Assembly: GCF_009914755.1 (NCBI RefSeq)
Contig: NC_060930.1
Source: the human T2T-CHM13v2.0 reference genome, Homo sapiens
Direction: 5' to 3' (one strand)
DNA length: 64,000 nucleotides
Part shown: positions 51,443-63,726 of the stretch, piece by piece
Layout of the letters: each line of letters begins with the position of its first letter
Numbering within the stretch: the first letter of the stretch is position 1
Position numbers and translations under genes: made by a program
The notes under the pieces: model-generated
What the model was told of the DNA's origin: nothing
The model's input: the letters and a program-made list of their open reading frames with translations, nothing else
The model's database searches: none

Positions 51443-51848
51443 CACTCTCCGACTGGGTTTGATCTTCTTCACGTCACCATTAGAAAACCGGATGATGTGT
51501 TCTCACTCAGAGGTGGGAATTGAACAATGAGAACACTTGGACACAGGAAGGGGAACATCAGACACCCGGGCCTGTCGTGGGGAGCGGGGAGGGGGGAAGG
51601 ATAGCATTAGGAGATATACCTAATGTAAATGACGAGTTAATGGGAGCAGGACACCAACATGGCACATGTATACATATGTAACAAACCTGCACATTGTGCA
51701 CATGTACCCTAGAACTTAAATTATAATAAATAAATAAATAAATAAAAGAAAACCGGATGATGGTCGCCTTCTTATCCATGCTCGGCTCCTTCTGGCTGGC
51801 CTCGGGGAAGGTGGTGATGGCACAACCTTCGCTCAGTGCCTGTTCTAC
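51443..51848 (-). pseudogene. TCP10: L1-disrupted TCP10 long-form exon (VEQALSEGCAITTFPEASQKEPSMDKKATIIRFS / NGDVKKIKPSRRV)
   Basis: ATAAAG|GTA acceptor, GTG|GTGTGT donor; 141 nt (47 codons) once the L1 and one TSD copy are removed. Confidence 0.85.
51498..51746 (+). mobile_element. 5'-truncated L1PA (about PA4-PA6) 3' end
   Basis: L1 3'UTR (AATGTAAATGACGAGTTAATGGG, CCTAGAACTTAAA) with (TAAA)n tail; TSD AGAAAACCGGATGATG at 51482-51497 and 51747-51762. Confidence 0.95.
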
Positions 51849-53748
51849 CTTTATGGAAACACAAAAGCTCCAAGATGAAAAATGATGTAAAGCCTGATTA
51901 TTGTGGTTTCATTATTTTTTCTCCAATTCAGAATTATCATATGATTATCGCCTACATGGCATTCTCGACACTGGCTGTGATATTTCCCCCAAAATTGTAC
52001 TGACTGAGTAGATCAGGTCCAAATTCCCATCCCCGAATGTGGTTATCAGTAATGAATAAGTGCTATGATCTGTCCCACCAACATCCGTCTTTCATAAGCT
52101 CGTGTCCCACAGTGGCCATCAGTCTAGATCTTCCACGGCCGCTGACTTGGTGAGTTTAGAGTCCTGGGCCATGGGAATTGTGGTAATTACTACGTAAAAA
52201 TTACTCTTGGAAGCTTTTTCTTTCCTTTTCATCCCAATCTCCTTACCTCTACGCTCCTACGGCCCATCCCAAAGATGTGTTGATTTTAATTAACTATCAG
52301 CAAATATTATATAACCTCATGTGCATAATGCTGGACAAGGAATGTAGAAAGAATATCTTTGTCTTCACATTGAAAATATTACTCCTGTAAAGATTAGCAA
52401 AAGAAAATATCTGAGAGAAATAATCTCAAGATCTGGGGAGTTAAGATAAGTGCATGTGAAAATTCCAAATGGCAAAATGTGTTTTTGTTATTTATGTCAC
52501 ACTGTCCCTCTTAACCATAGCTCAGAAATATAGGTGTTAATTCAGCTGAGAAAATACAAAGGGAATAGAAGCGAATGCTGGGCTTCTTAAACTGTCTTCA
52601 ACCATCCACCAAACAAACCTTGACGGTGTGCGCCACCTGCTGGCCGGGACAACAGCCTCCTGTTTGATGGGGTTTGAACTAAGATGACTCCACCTGCTCC
52701 CAAACCAACTCGGTGAATGAAGCAGGGCTGTGTTCAGTTCCGTATCTGAAGATGAACTTTTAACCAACACTAACAGCTCCGACAATGTTTAAAGAATCAA
52801 TTACTCTCAGAAGTAATAAAGCACAAATAATATTTTAAATGTTCCACATGAAAAGAATCAAACAATCTATTTTGGAGTTTATATTATTAAAAGAAAGAAA
52901 ACACAAAAAAGGAAAGAACTTTGGCATATCCAATGCAAGATACACAAGAAGTAGATGCAAGATGAGTCACGAGAAGAGGAAAGTGCTGAAGACCTGGGAG
53001 GGAGGGTGGGGGAGCCAGAGACATAGGGGCAGGCAGAGGTGGGTGACCGCTGGTTGTGGGGAGAAAGGAAGGATCGCGCTAGCAGAGGGCACAGCGCGTT
53101 ACCTAGTTCTTGTGTCCTCATCTTCGTGGTTTCATGAGCTTCAGCGATTGGTTCCTCCATGCACTTAGCCAAGGAGGAGCATCACTTATGTCTCATGGAC
53201 CTGCCTATGGGGATGGCAAGGTCAGGTGCTCAAATGATGTGGGTTTCCTTCTCCCCTGACAAACCACTACAACCACTGCGCTAAAGACAAAAGCATTTCA
53301 GTGAATTCAAACTGTTACTGCAAGTAGCATTCCCTGTTGTTCATTTATCCAAATGCTTTACCCGCTTGCAAGACATGAATTCGCTTTTACTGAGGCAGAG
53401 TTCCCTCAGCAAAGCTAGCCTGAGGCCGACTCCCAGTTTCTAACAGGCCAGCAAGAGGTGTGAGATGAACGAACTGTTGAGCTGAAGAAGCAGCGATGAT
53501 GTGCTGCCCCAGGCAGGACTGGGTCTCCTCGGAGCTCACAAAACACTGTAGCCGCAGCCGCAGCCGCAGCAGGTGCCTCTTCCCACCCCTTCCTGAGTCA
53601 ATGCCGACCACCGCCACCTTGACGCGTCCTTCCGGAACTGAGCTCTCCTCAAGGGCTAAAATGTGGTGGCTGGAAGATATTTGAGGCTATAGTTTTGGGT
53701 TTTTTTTTAAGTATTTAAAACAAATCTTCCTCCTGAAAAGCGTATTGC

Positions 53749-53754
53749 TTTATT
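53749..53754 (-). terminator. Candidate poly(A) signal AATAAA for short-form TCP10
   Basis: TTTATT on the + strand, about 50 nt after the stop codon. Confidence 0.5.
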
Positions 53755-53805
53755 TACTGGGAATAAACTGGCAGTCAACAATGCTAGAAACGCCTGGCCT
53801 CCAGG

Positions 53806-53997
53806 TCAGGGCCCCATGTCCTGTCTGGAGGGAGCGGCGTGCAGAGCTCCTGGAAATTCACTCGGGAAACCGGACCGCCGGCAGTCATCTGCCTTGCCCT
53901 TTGGATGTCGTTTTTCTTCCTGTACTTCCTCCTTTTTCATCTTAGTGTCCATGGCCTGTGCTATTTCCAGGGAAGATGGTGGGTTTACAGGAAGATT
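53806..53997 (-). CDS. TCP10: TCP10 short-form last coding exon (NLPVNPP…RQDMGP*)
   Basis: TTTCTGCAG|AAT acceptor; 63 aa plus TGA; internal AAG|GCAGAT after 53893. Confidence 0.85.
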   Translation of the reverse strand, partial: NLPVNPPSSLEIAQAMDTKMKKEEVQEEKRHPKGKADDCRRSGFPSEFPGALHAAPSRQDMGP

Positions 53998-54987
53998 CTG
54001 CAGAAAGAGCATAATCCTAATCTCCCGTGGTCTCCATGAACACTGCAGTATGAGGTGGGAGAAATGCACCTTGCCCTGGCATTTTGCAGCCTCTGCCTCT
54101 AAGTCAGTGGGCGCGGCTGAGCCCCGGACAGTCAGCACCGGGACTTTGGACCATGTTTTGTGTTTTATTAAAGTGCTTATCTCCCACTTGTATGTTTGGT
54201 CTGGAGTCAGGGTGGCCACAATGACAAGTGCCACATTTAACACCTGATACAAACACCACACAGAGACACCACCTGCCATGGCTGCTGCACTGCTTCTCAA
54301 TGTAGATCATTAGCCCGGAGGCTTCCAGGTGAACTCATTAGCTGGATCCCCAAACAAAATAAAATCCCAAGAAAAATATTCCCACTCGTCCCCCCACTGA
54401 AGACGTCGGAGAGGGCAGAACAGAATGTGGGCTTTTCGCAGGAGAACAGAAAACAAGCGGGACCTGTGTTCTGAGACTTCCCCGCCAGGTGCCTAGTTTT
54501 ACATCATACGTAAGTTCACAGCCCAAATTTCCTGGCGTAGAGAAAATAATTTTATTTTATTGACTTTTTTTTTTTGTAAAATATAGCATGTTACAAGTCG
54601 GCCCCTAGCTAGGGCTTAGAAGTATGTTTGCTATTCTTGCCTTCGAGTCTATTAATGTCAACTGAGAACTGTAAATCAAAATGATAAAAAATGAAACTCT
54701 GACTAGGGGAACTCTTAAGTCATAAAAAACATTAATCTTGTTTGGGCTAAATGCAACCAACTTAAATCTATAAAAAAAAGTCTCTGTTTGAAAGGCTGAA
54801 CTTCAGGAAATAAAGAGACATTTGGAATCATCTTAATTTTCTGTTCTTGTTGAGAAGATGGGAAGATGCAACCATCTCATGACACCGGCTCCGAATCTCA
54901 CTTCCCCAGGACGAAAAGGTCACCTTCTCAGGTCTCCCTGAGGGGAACCGGGTGGGCCGCCCTCACAGAAGCCACTCAGCCACCTAC

Positions 54988-55088
54988 CTGCCACTCTGCA
55001 CTGTCTGGGGAAGAACTGGCGAACTCGTCAGCTTGAACGCGGCTGAGAAATCCGCCTTCAGAACTCCCTAAGACTGATGAGCTTCTGT
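54988..55088 (-). CDS. TCP10: TCP10 coding exon 6 (DRSSSVLG…SAEWQ)
   Basis: TTTTTAG| acceptor, CAG|GTAGGT donor; 101 nt. Confidence 0.88.
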
Positions 55089-56602
55089 CTAAAAAGCAAA
55101 AAGTTAAATTTAAAGGGACAGAGCATATACATTGTGGAAATATCATTATCCTACTGCGATTGCTAAATCCAATTGAAGTGAATGGATGCACAGCTTCCCT
55201 CTTGTTCATGAGATCACTATACACATGTCAGGTCAGTTCAACAACAAGTGATCCTGTAAGAACATTAATTCTTTCATGAATACACTCAGTCAGTATTTCT
55301 TGGGCATCACTCTCTCTCGAGTATTCTGATGGATCAGGAGATTCACGGATGGAAAGGCACTGCCTCGGCCCTGAAGCTGCTCATGGTTCTGCAGGAGGCA
55401 GACACAGGAGAGAAAGGCCGGATCCCTGCACCACTGGCTTATGGGACCTATGAAGGGACAGGGGCTGTGGTGAAGGAGCATCACAGGCTTCCAGGAGAGC
55501 CCGGGATCCGGGGGGTCTTCCCCAGGATGGCATCACTGTCAGCTGAGATGATGCCTGGAGGTTGTGGAGGTTGTGCAAGACAAGGCCTCCAGTTCTGCCC
55601 GGCAGCAGCAAGTAACTAAAGTCTGGTCTGGGGGCCTGAAGAGGAGGGGGCAGCAGAAACAAGGTGGCCAGGCTGGTGCTGACCTGATGGGAAGGGCTTC
55701 CCCACCCCGTAGAGGAGCGCAGAGGGGACTGTGAGGGTACGCAGAGCCTGGGGTGGTCTGAAGCAGACAGATGGCACCAGTCTCACCTCTGTGAAGCTCC
55801 CTGCAGAGGCCATGAAGCAGTCTGGGGTGCAGGAGGCCCGGGGAGTGGACCCAGGAGGAAGACAGTGTCGGGTTTGGCCCTACAGGGCCACACAGGCCTG
55901 GGCCGAGGATGGGAAAGAGTCCAGGTGCCAGGCAGCCCAGGGCGAGTTGTGCCCACAGGCTTGGGCTGTGCTGTGCATAAGGACCACACCTGAGGCTCGG
56001 CCACCTCATGGGCTCCATTTCTTTAGGAAGACAGGTTCCTGCGGGGTTTGTGAAGCTGCTATGGTCATTTTCTGGCAGTAACGTGAGGAAGGAGTTCTTT
56101 CCCAACTCTACCAGGGGTACTGTTGGCTCCTCCCGGTGGGACCCCCAATGCAGAAAGCACCCACATCTGCATGGACAGAGCTGGGCTCAGGAAAGAGGCC
56201 GGGCAGGTGCCCGATGAGAGGGCGCTCCATCAGCGTGGCAGCAACGCCATGGGCGGGCAAACGGAGAAAAGGGAACAAAGCCCCCGAGTCCGCCCAGGCC
56301 CAGCCAGACGCCTTCAGCTGGGAGTGTACTCAGGGGAAGCGGCCGGTAGGATTCGGAATCTCCAGCCACGGCCCCTGGAGACCCGCATGTGGGCTGTGTG
56401 TGGGGTGGAGGGCTAGGGGTGTCGGCAAGACTCCCAGGTGAGGACCCAACCAGGGAATCGGACAAAAGTGGTCAGAAATTAGGCAGCTCCATGAAGGACA
56501 TGTCCTTGCCGTAGTAAGATGTTCTGCTCACGCGTATCCACAAGAAAGCCCCGCACTTTACAGGAAGCATGGAAACAGTTAGGAGCCCTCGACCCTGCTC
56601 AC

Positions 56603-56714
56603 CAGCTCCTCTGGCTGCTGCCGTCTGCTCCTGCAGCGTGGCGGCCTGGGAAGCCTGCACTGGTGATTTTCTGCCACCGGAGTTTTGCGGACTTCGGGAA
56701 GATGGATGCATAAT
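56603..56714 (-). CDS. TCP10: TCP10 coding exon 5 (IMHPSSRS…AAARGA)
   Basis: GCCCCAG| acceptor, G|GTGAGC donor; 112 nt. Confidence 0.88.
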
Positions 56715-57182
56715 CTGGGGCAAAGACAGTCAGAGGCCTCCCTTGTCACAAGGTCCCTGCAGCCGGCAATACCTCGAGCCCAAAGGCTGGGAGCACGAAG
56801 CCATCTTCAGCCATCCACAATTTCCAGCAAGACCCCAGGGCTCACCCAACAGCCCTGAGCTCAGCACTACAAGGTAGATCAATTCTTTTAAAGACTCTGC
56901 AGAAATATACCAATTACGGAGCTCGGGAAAGTAATTGATTTTTAAAACCCAATTCAAGTTGTTTGCTTTTTAAAACCCAATTCAATTTATTTGCTTTTAT
57001 AGCATTAAAGACATGTCTGCAGAAATTCAAAGTTTTATCTATAGAAACATAATTAGGTTAATAAATTACTAGGTCTATTTCGAATAACAAATTGAGTACT
57101 CTTATGAGACCTAAGTGGAACTTCATCTGAATCTGAATTTTCCATGCTGCCAGTGTAGAGTGACCCAGGTTTCCGAGGTCAC

Positions 57183-57341
57183 CTTTCCGTCTTCAGACAC
57201 CTCCCGTCTTTCTGCACCGGGAGTCGGCCTTCCAGTGGGTGCTGGACTTCTGTCTTGATGTCTCCCGGGAGGACTTTTCTCTCTATCTTCCTGTGGTGGT
57301 GTTTTCCCCGAGTTAATTCTTTCTGTCTTTAAACTCATTGG
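57183..57341 (-). CDS. TCP10: TCP10 coding exon 4 (PMSLKTER…VSEDGK)
   Basis: TTTTCAG| acceptor, AAG|GTGACC donor; 159 nt. Confidence 0.88.
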
Positions 57342-58590
57342 CTGAAAATAAATGTGGTTGCATTAATAACCATCATATTATTTTAAAATGTTGAGCAACA
57401 CATCACACCAGCTGCCACAGAATCTAGAGGATTCTACCCCCGCTTCCTACAGAAGGACACATGAGGCATCCACGCTCTCATTCCCCATTTTACAGCCACG
57501 CTCTTGAGGAATTCAGGGACGGTATGGCTGACATTGTAGAATAGTCAACAGTGAAATAAAGTACTTGAAACTCAATTCAAAAATGCATAATGAAAATAAT
57601 GTTCTACCTTTTCTGCTGCTTAAAAATTCAGAGTTTGGAGGCGTGGATAAGCCACCCATTCAGTTATCTATTTACTCGTACATTGTCCAGCACGCGTGTG
57701 ATTAACTCAGGTCAATGCAGAAGCGTGAGAGAAGTCCGTGTCTCACAGGAGGCTGGACCTATGCAGTACGTCCTGGGACTTTCGATGTTTTGTATTCATA
57801 GGATCTGAAAGGACTATTTTCCTACTTGTGACAAATGCTTGGAGTAGATTTCTGATCTTCCTTCAGGGAATAAAGTGTTATCTGTTCAGCAGTTGCTTTG
57901 GGAAAGAAGCGAGGGGATAAATCATCTTCAGGAGTTGGGGGGCAGTCTTCTCCATCCACATCGACCCAGTATCAGTTGCTGGCTGAGGACTCACGAGATT
58001 TGCCTCCCAAGTGTGAGGGTGACACAAAGCTGGGATGGGAAGAGACACACTGGCCAGCAGAAGGTTCTAAAGAGGAGCTAATTTTAACAAGGAAAAATGT
58101 GTTGGAGACAAAATAGCATCCTGCACTGTGGCCCCCAAGCAAGCGGCACAGCCCCTGTTCAGAGGAGTCCACGCTGACAAGCAGCAGGTGCAAGACCGCA
58201 GTGCAGAAGCAGGGATCGTGGGAGGCTGCGAGCCCCCAGACGCACGGGCCATGGCATGTGGCGAGAGCGCCACACATATCACCTCCGTGGGTGGCACCCA
58301 CGGAAACAAAGCCCCCGAGTCCACTCGGCCCCAGCCAGACATTTGCTGCCGTGAGTGAGCTCAGAGGGAAGCAGCTGGCAGGACTTGGAATCTGCCCTAC
58401 AGCAGGAAGTGCTGTGGTTTAGGATCTTGTTTGAAAGGCATGCACCCATGTCCTTGGAAAAACGCAGGACTCCAGGGAGCACCATGCTCCCCCAGGGAGG
58501 TGAAACTGTGTGGTGAGGAGCTGATGGGATGTGTGTGTTTGGGTACAGAAGCTCTGCTGCTCTTTACAGACGATAAGCACGAAGGGTCAC

Positions 58591-58728
58591 CTTTGGAGGA
58601 GCTAAGTGGTTAGATGACCATCTTTGTCCCAGGAGAGTGGCACTCTGACTCTTGCGGCCAGCGTATTTGGGCGTTGTCTCTTCATCAGCTGACAGAGGTG
58701 AAATTTTTCCAAAAGCAGGTTCCAATGC
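58591..58728 (-). CDS. TCP10: TCP10 coding exon 3 (ALEPAFGK…HLAPPK)
   Basis: CTTTTAG| acceptor, AAG|GTGACC donor; 138 nt. Confidence 0.88.
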
Positions 58729-60503
58729 CTAAAAGACAAAATGCGGGGAAAATGTTCATATTTTCAAAGGTAAGATAAATTCAAATTTTAATAAAATCCA
58801 AAATAATTGGAATGTCCTAGAAAAAATTAGGGTACGAGGTGGGGGGACTTGGCCTGGGTTTTTCCCCTAACATGTTGATAAGAACAGAAACCCTCACCCA
58901 ACGTTTGTGAAGGAAGCTTTGTGGAGCCCGTATTTGCTTTGTGTTTCTTATTGTGGTTCCTTGTTTCAAATTGATCACAGGATCCCAAAGGCTACAGAAT
59001 GAACAATACCCAACATATCTTCCTTCAGGCTCATGTGTCTTCAACGGGGAATGTGGCAACGGAGGAGGAAAATGTGATGCTCCTTCTAGTGTTGTCTCTA
59101 CAACTTGTCTAAGATTCGAAATGCAAATTCTCAACTTCCCCTGTTATCAGCAGACTGACCTGGAACAGCGTGATCCTGCAGGTGGGAGGAGGTGTGTTAG
59201 GTCTGGAATGTTTAATTATTCCCCGCTCTCCCCTCTGAGGAGGAGGAGGGAGTGAGGAGGGGAGAGGGTTGCTATGAACGAACCCTTAATACCAGATCCA
59301 GAGTGGCTCACCCACACAGCCGTGCCCGCGTTCCGAGGGTGCTCATGCCTCAGCCTTTTAGATGCTCACTCCCTAAAACTGCGACTACACACAGATACAC
59401 CTACGCAAGTTTGAAGTGTGGAATTCACATATCCCGTCCTTTCTTCAAATCAGGTATGCTCTTGTGAGCATAGATCCTCTTCCTATAAATAGCCCCATGG
59501 TGACCAGTACAATGCACAGAATAAAAAAAAAAATTTGGAAATTCCCCAAGCTCTAACCTCGAAATAAGAGAACAATGGAAGCTGTAGGGAGTGTGAAGAC
59601 TGGACGAGACTTCATTGGCTCTTGGGGTTACTGTTATGGTAACATTTCGACCAACATACAATGACCCAAATGGAGCAGTAGATACTATTTTTTAGGAACT
59701 GGCATACAGTATATGCAGGGAAAAATCCCTGTGGGTCTTATGGGTTCTCCTCACAGAAGGTGGACAATCCCGGCCAGTATTTGTGGCAATTTCTCCCTCT
59801 CTACCTCTGACGGAGGAACAGCCTGCCCGGCTTCCGCTCGTCGTTCGGCAGAAGGACTGGGCACTTTGCTGTGTTGAGAGGATAAACCCGCTTTCTTTCT
59901 GAGGCAGCAGAAGCCATCTCCACGGAAACAAAGCTCTCGCAGAGCTCCCGAAGACTGGGAATGACTTCCAAGATTTCCCGTAATTTCTTGTAGAGGAATT
60001 TGTGGCTGTTCTTGCCATGCTGGGAGAACCGACCACAGAGCAGGCTCCTCTGGAATGTATTCTGTGGGTGCCTCTGTGTGTGTGTGCATGTGTGTGTGCA
60101 CACGTGTGTGTTGTAATCACTGTGTCATATCGGAAACATTCTAAGTCCTGGAAGTACCGATTTAAAAGTTCACGCAATAAGTGCAGATAGGAAATGTTGG
60201 TACTTTTCTTAACCCACTGAGAAATATCCCCACTTACATTTGGAGGGTGTTCACGTGGTTCCGCGTGTCCTGACCTGTACATATAATTTTAATGATTCAA
60301 GTTGTTTACACCCATGTGCGGGAGACAGAACCCAGACAAGGCAGTGATAACACTGGCCACATTCACACTCTCTTAGGCTCGGTCTTTGAGCCGTGTGATC
60401 AAACTCGAAAGCTCAGTGTTCTATAAAGGCAGGTGGGTGCTGGGAGGCACCGACTATTTCAGCCTGAGAATGCTGGTTCTTCCTTTGGGATAGAGCAGGG
60501 CGG

Positions 60504-61243
60504 TGATATGGGACGGGCGCAGGAAAGTCCTGGGTAGAGAAGGGCAGGTCCCTGGCTAGGGCTCCACCCCCAGGCCTGTGCCCAGGGACCTAGGCATTTC
60601 TGCTGTCGTGCCCAAATGTAGCATTTCCAAGACCACCCTGGCCTGCCACACTCCCATCTTGTGCCTGTGAAGACCCCGAGACCCTAGTGGGCAGAGACGC
60701 AAGTGGCTGGCATCGAGAGGAACACACTGGCAGACATCAGCAAGCCATTGACTGTCAGAATGACAGGGAGATTGATCAGGGCAGTCAGAGGAGAGCCCGG
60801 CGGCTGGGCTGCCCAACTCCAGGTGAAAACCACCTTCCCACTCCATCTCGGTTCTGGCTCCCCTGTCTGCTGAGAGCTACCATCACCCAATAAAAAACCT
60901 TGCACCCATCCTCCAAGCCCACATGTGATCTGATTTTTCAGGTACACCGAGGCAGGAACCCAGGATACAGAAAGCCCTCCGTCCTAGTGATGTGCAGAGG
61001 GTCTAACTGAGCTGCTAAACACAAGCTGCCTACAGAGAGCTAAACTGAAAGAACGCCCTGTAACACACGCCCACTGGGGCTTCAGCTGTAAACATTCACC
61101 CCTAGACACTGCCGTGGGGTTGGAGCTGCACAGCTGCCCGTCTCTACGCTCCCCTAGAGGTTTGAGCTGTGGGACAATGAGCAAGCGAGCCACATCCCCT
61201 TCGCACACCCTGGGAGGGGAACAAGGGAACTTTTCCCGTTTCA
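60504..61243 (+). mobile_element. ERV1 solo LTR (LTR1-like)
   Basis: TGATATGGGA…CTGGGTAGAGAAGGGC…GGCTCCACCC start; internal AATAAA near 60888; …CCCGTTTCA end. Confidence 0.8.
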
Positions 61244-61756
61244 ACAGGTCTCTATCGCATTCTACACAGCTGTCCTAGAAGATGAACAGAAGGACACCGG
61301 GCCACTGAGCTGACTCTGGAGTCACCCTGGGTTCAAATCCCAGCTCCGCATTCTCCAACCCGTGGCCATGATGGAGTTAGTTATAGGATCCATTTCATAG
61401 GGTCGTCGTAGACAGTAAGATGGTAAAGCTCCCTACCTAGCCCATGTAAAGTCCACAGTAAGGGTTTGCTGCTGTTGTCCTGAGACATCATGGGATGTCT
61501 TAGAATTCTAGACGTGAGACGCGCAGCCTGGAGGCGGCTGTGCTTCTGTCTGCTGGAGCGTCAGGTGAGATGCCTGATGTATCCAGTTCTTTAATCTTTA
61601 CTTGTGGGAAATGGAGCTGATGGAAAGATAGCAAGCCCTCCCACCACCTGGAACGTGAGAGATACCACGTCACCCAGCAACAAAGCCCACATCTTTACGG
61701 GGACGCTATATTTACACGACGCAAATGATACAAAAACACAAATGCGCCTTTGGTAC

Positions 61757-61972
61757 CAGAGTGTGTGATTCTCGCCCCGCGTGTGGGGACGCTGCGGGTT
61801 TCTTCCCGGCTTCCCACTGCTGCCGCTGCAGGCCTCTCAGCTCTTCTCGGAGCTCCCGGTTCTGCTTCCTCAAGGCATCCATATGACTCTGGAGTTTTCT
61901 GTGAATATCAGCCCACAGCGACTGCTGTCTCCCGAGCTCTTGGTGGAGGCTGGTGATCTGCTGCTGTAATGA
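61757..61972 (-). CDS. TCP10: TCP10 coding exon 2, coiled coil (SLQQQITSLHQELG…RESHTL)
   Basis: ATGACAG| acceptor, CTG|GTACCA donor; 216 nt open; heptad pattern. Confidence 0.9.
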
Positions 61973-62118
61973 CTGTCATTGGGAAGAGAACACCAGGAAA
62001 CCTCTCAGACGCCCAACCGGCACATTCATCTGCAAAATACTCAAGCCCCCTCTGAAGTGAGACCAACACTCTTTCTGGACAAAAGGACACCCGATGAGAT
62101 AAACAGGACTACCGCAGC

Positions 62119-62426
62119 CTTTTTCTTTCTTTTTTTTTTTTTTTGAGGCAGGGTCTCACTCTGTCATCCAGGCTGGAGTGAAGTGGCATGATCTCAGCTC
62201 ACTGAAGCTTCAACTTGATGAGCTTACGTGATCCTCCTGCCTCAGCTTCTGATGTAGCTGGGACTACAGGCGTGTGCCACCACGCTTGGCTAATTTTGGT
62301 ATTTTTAGTAGAGATGGGGTTTCACTATGTTGCCCAGACTTGTCCCAAACTCCTGGGCTCAAGTGATTCACCTGCCTCGGCCTCCCAAAGTGCTGGGATT
62401 ACAGGTATAAGCTACCATGCCTGGCC
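62119..62426 (-). mobile_element. AluJ
   Basis: GAGGCAGGGTCTCACTCTG…CCTGGGCTCAAGTGATTC. Confidence 0.9.
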
Positions 62427-62461
62427 ACAGCTTTATTCTTATTGAGTACTGTTTATTATGA

Positions 62462-62822
<361 letters not shown>

Positions 62823-63411
62823 TAAAAATTATGGAAGCCACTGCATTTTCAACCTGACATGTTAGCCTTCCCCTGGCATCCTTCATTGGACCATAGAGCC
62901 TCCAGCCTTGCTCTGAGAATAAGTGGGATCGTGATAGAGGTACAGCCCTTCACTGCATGGCTCTGGCCACAGGGACCCATGGCACTTTCTTGAGAGCAAG
63001 CACTGTCCAACAGGGTCTGGTGAGGAAGGAGCTAAAAATCAGGAAGCTTGCTGGGATGATGTGAGGAAGGGGTAAAAATCAGGAAGCTTGCTGGGATGAT
63101 GAGGCATGTCAACCTTCTGATTTTCGTTAATGAAGTTTTTAAAGTCTGGTGCCTTCTCCTGGATTAGAGGAGAAAAGCTGGAATGCTAATATTTTCTTTA
63201 ACTCCCCATCATGCCTCCCATCCACCAAGAGAGAAGGTTGCAGAGGGGAAAAGAACCACGTGCCCCTCTGAGAGGAAGTTCAGCATCAGCGTCCGAGGGT
63301 GGCGCATTCCTACAGGGGTCTGGCGAGGGAAAGTCCAATGACAGACCACAGGGACAGGAATCAGGGTCCCACCTGGTGGGACTAACTCTGTCCCCACAGA
63401 GGTCAGCTCAC

Positions 63412-63555
63412 CGGCATCTCCTCGGCATTGCCGTCCTCCCTGGGGACCTCGGCTGCTGCAGGTGTCTTCTCCATGGCAGCCCCAGCTCCCGGGCACGGGT
63501 CTTCTGGGTGGGTGCCCTCCTTGGGCTCCCCGGCCTCGAGCTGACCCTCCAGCAT
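63412..63555 (-). CDS. TCP10: TCP10 (TCP10L3) first coding exon (MLEGQLEAGEPKEGTHPEDPCPGAGAAMEKT…EEMP)
   Basis: AACCAG|G ATG, i.e. acceptor 1 nt before the ATG, so a non-coding exon lies upstream of the window; CCG|GTGAGC donor; 144 nt. Confidence 0.9.
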
Positions 63556-63726
63556 CCTGGTTGGGAAGGGAAGAGCTATGGCAATGCCTGAATGCAGCCC
63601 CCTACCCCATCAGTGTGGGCTGAAGGCCCCAGCCTCAACATAAGGGCGAGCAGGAACCACAGCCTCTCTTCTCCCCCGGGGTCCTGTACACATTCCCAAG
63701 CCCGAAGCTGACCAGGTGAAAGGACA

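Noticed and set aside
53618-53686. 69-nt open phase-0 exon-like segment (PQISSSHHILALEESSVPEGRVK) on the - strand
   Set aside because: The acceptor lacks a pyrimidine tract and the TCP-domain alignment has no gap for it
59425-60282. Overlapping 100-196 aa ORFs in a TCP10 intron
   Set aside because: No recognisable homology or convincing splice pair; partly (CA)n-derived
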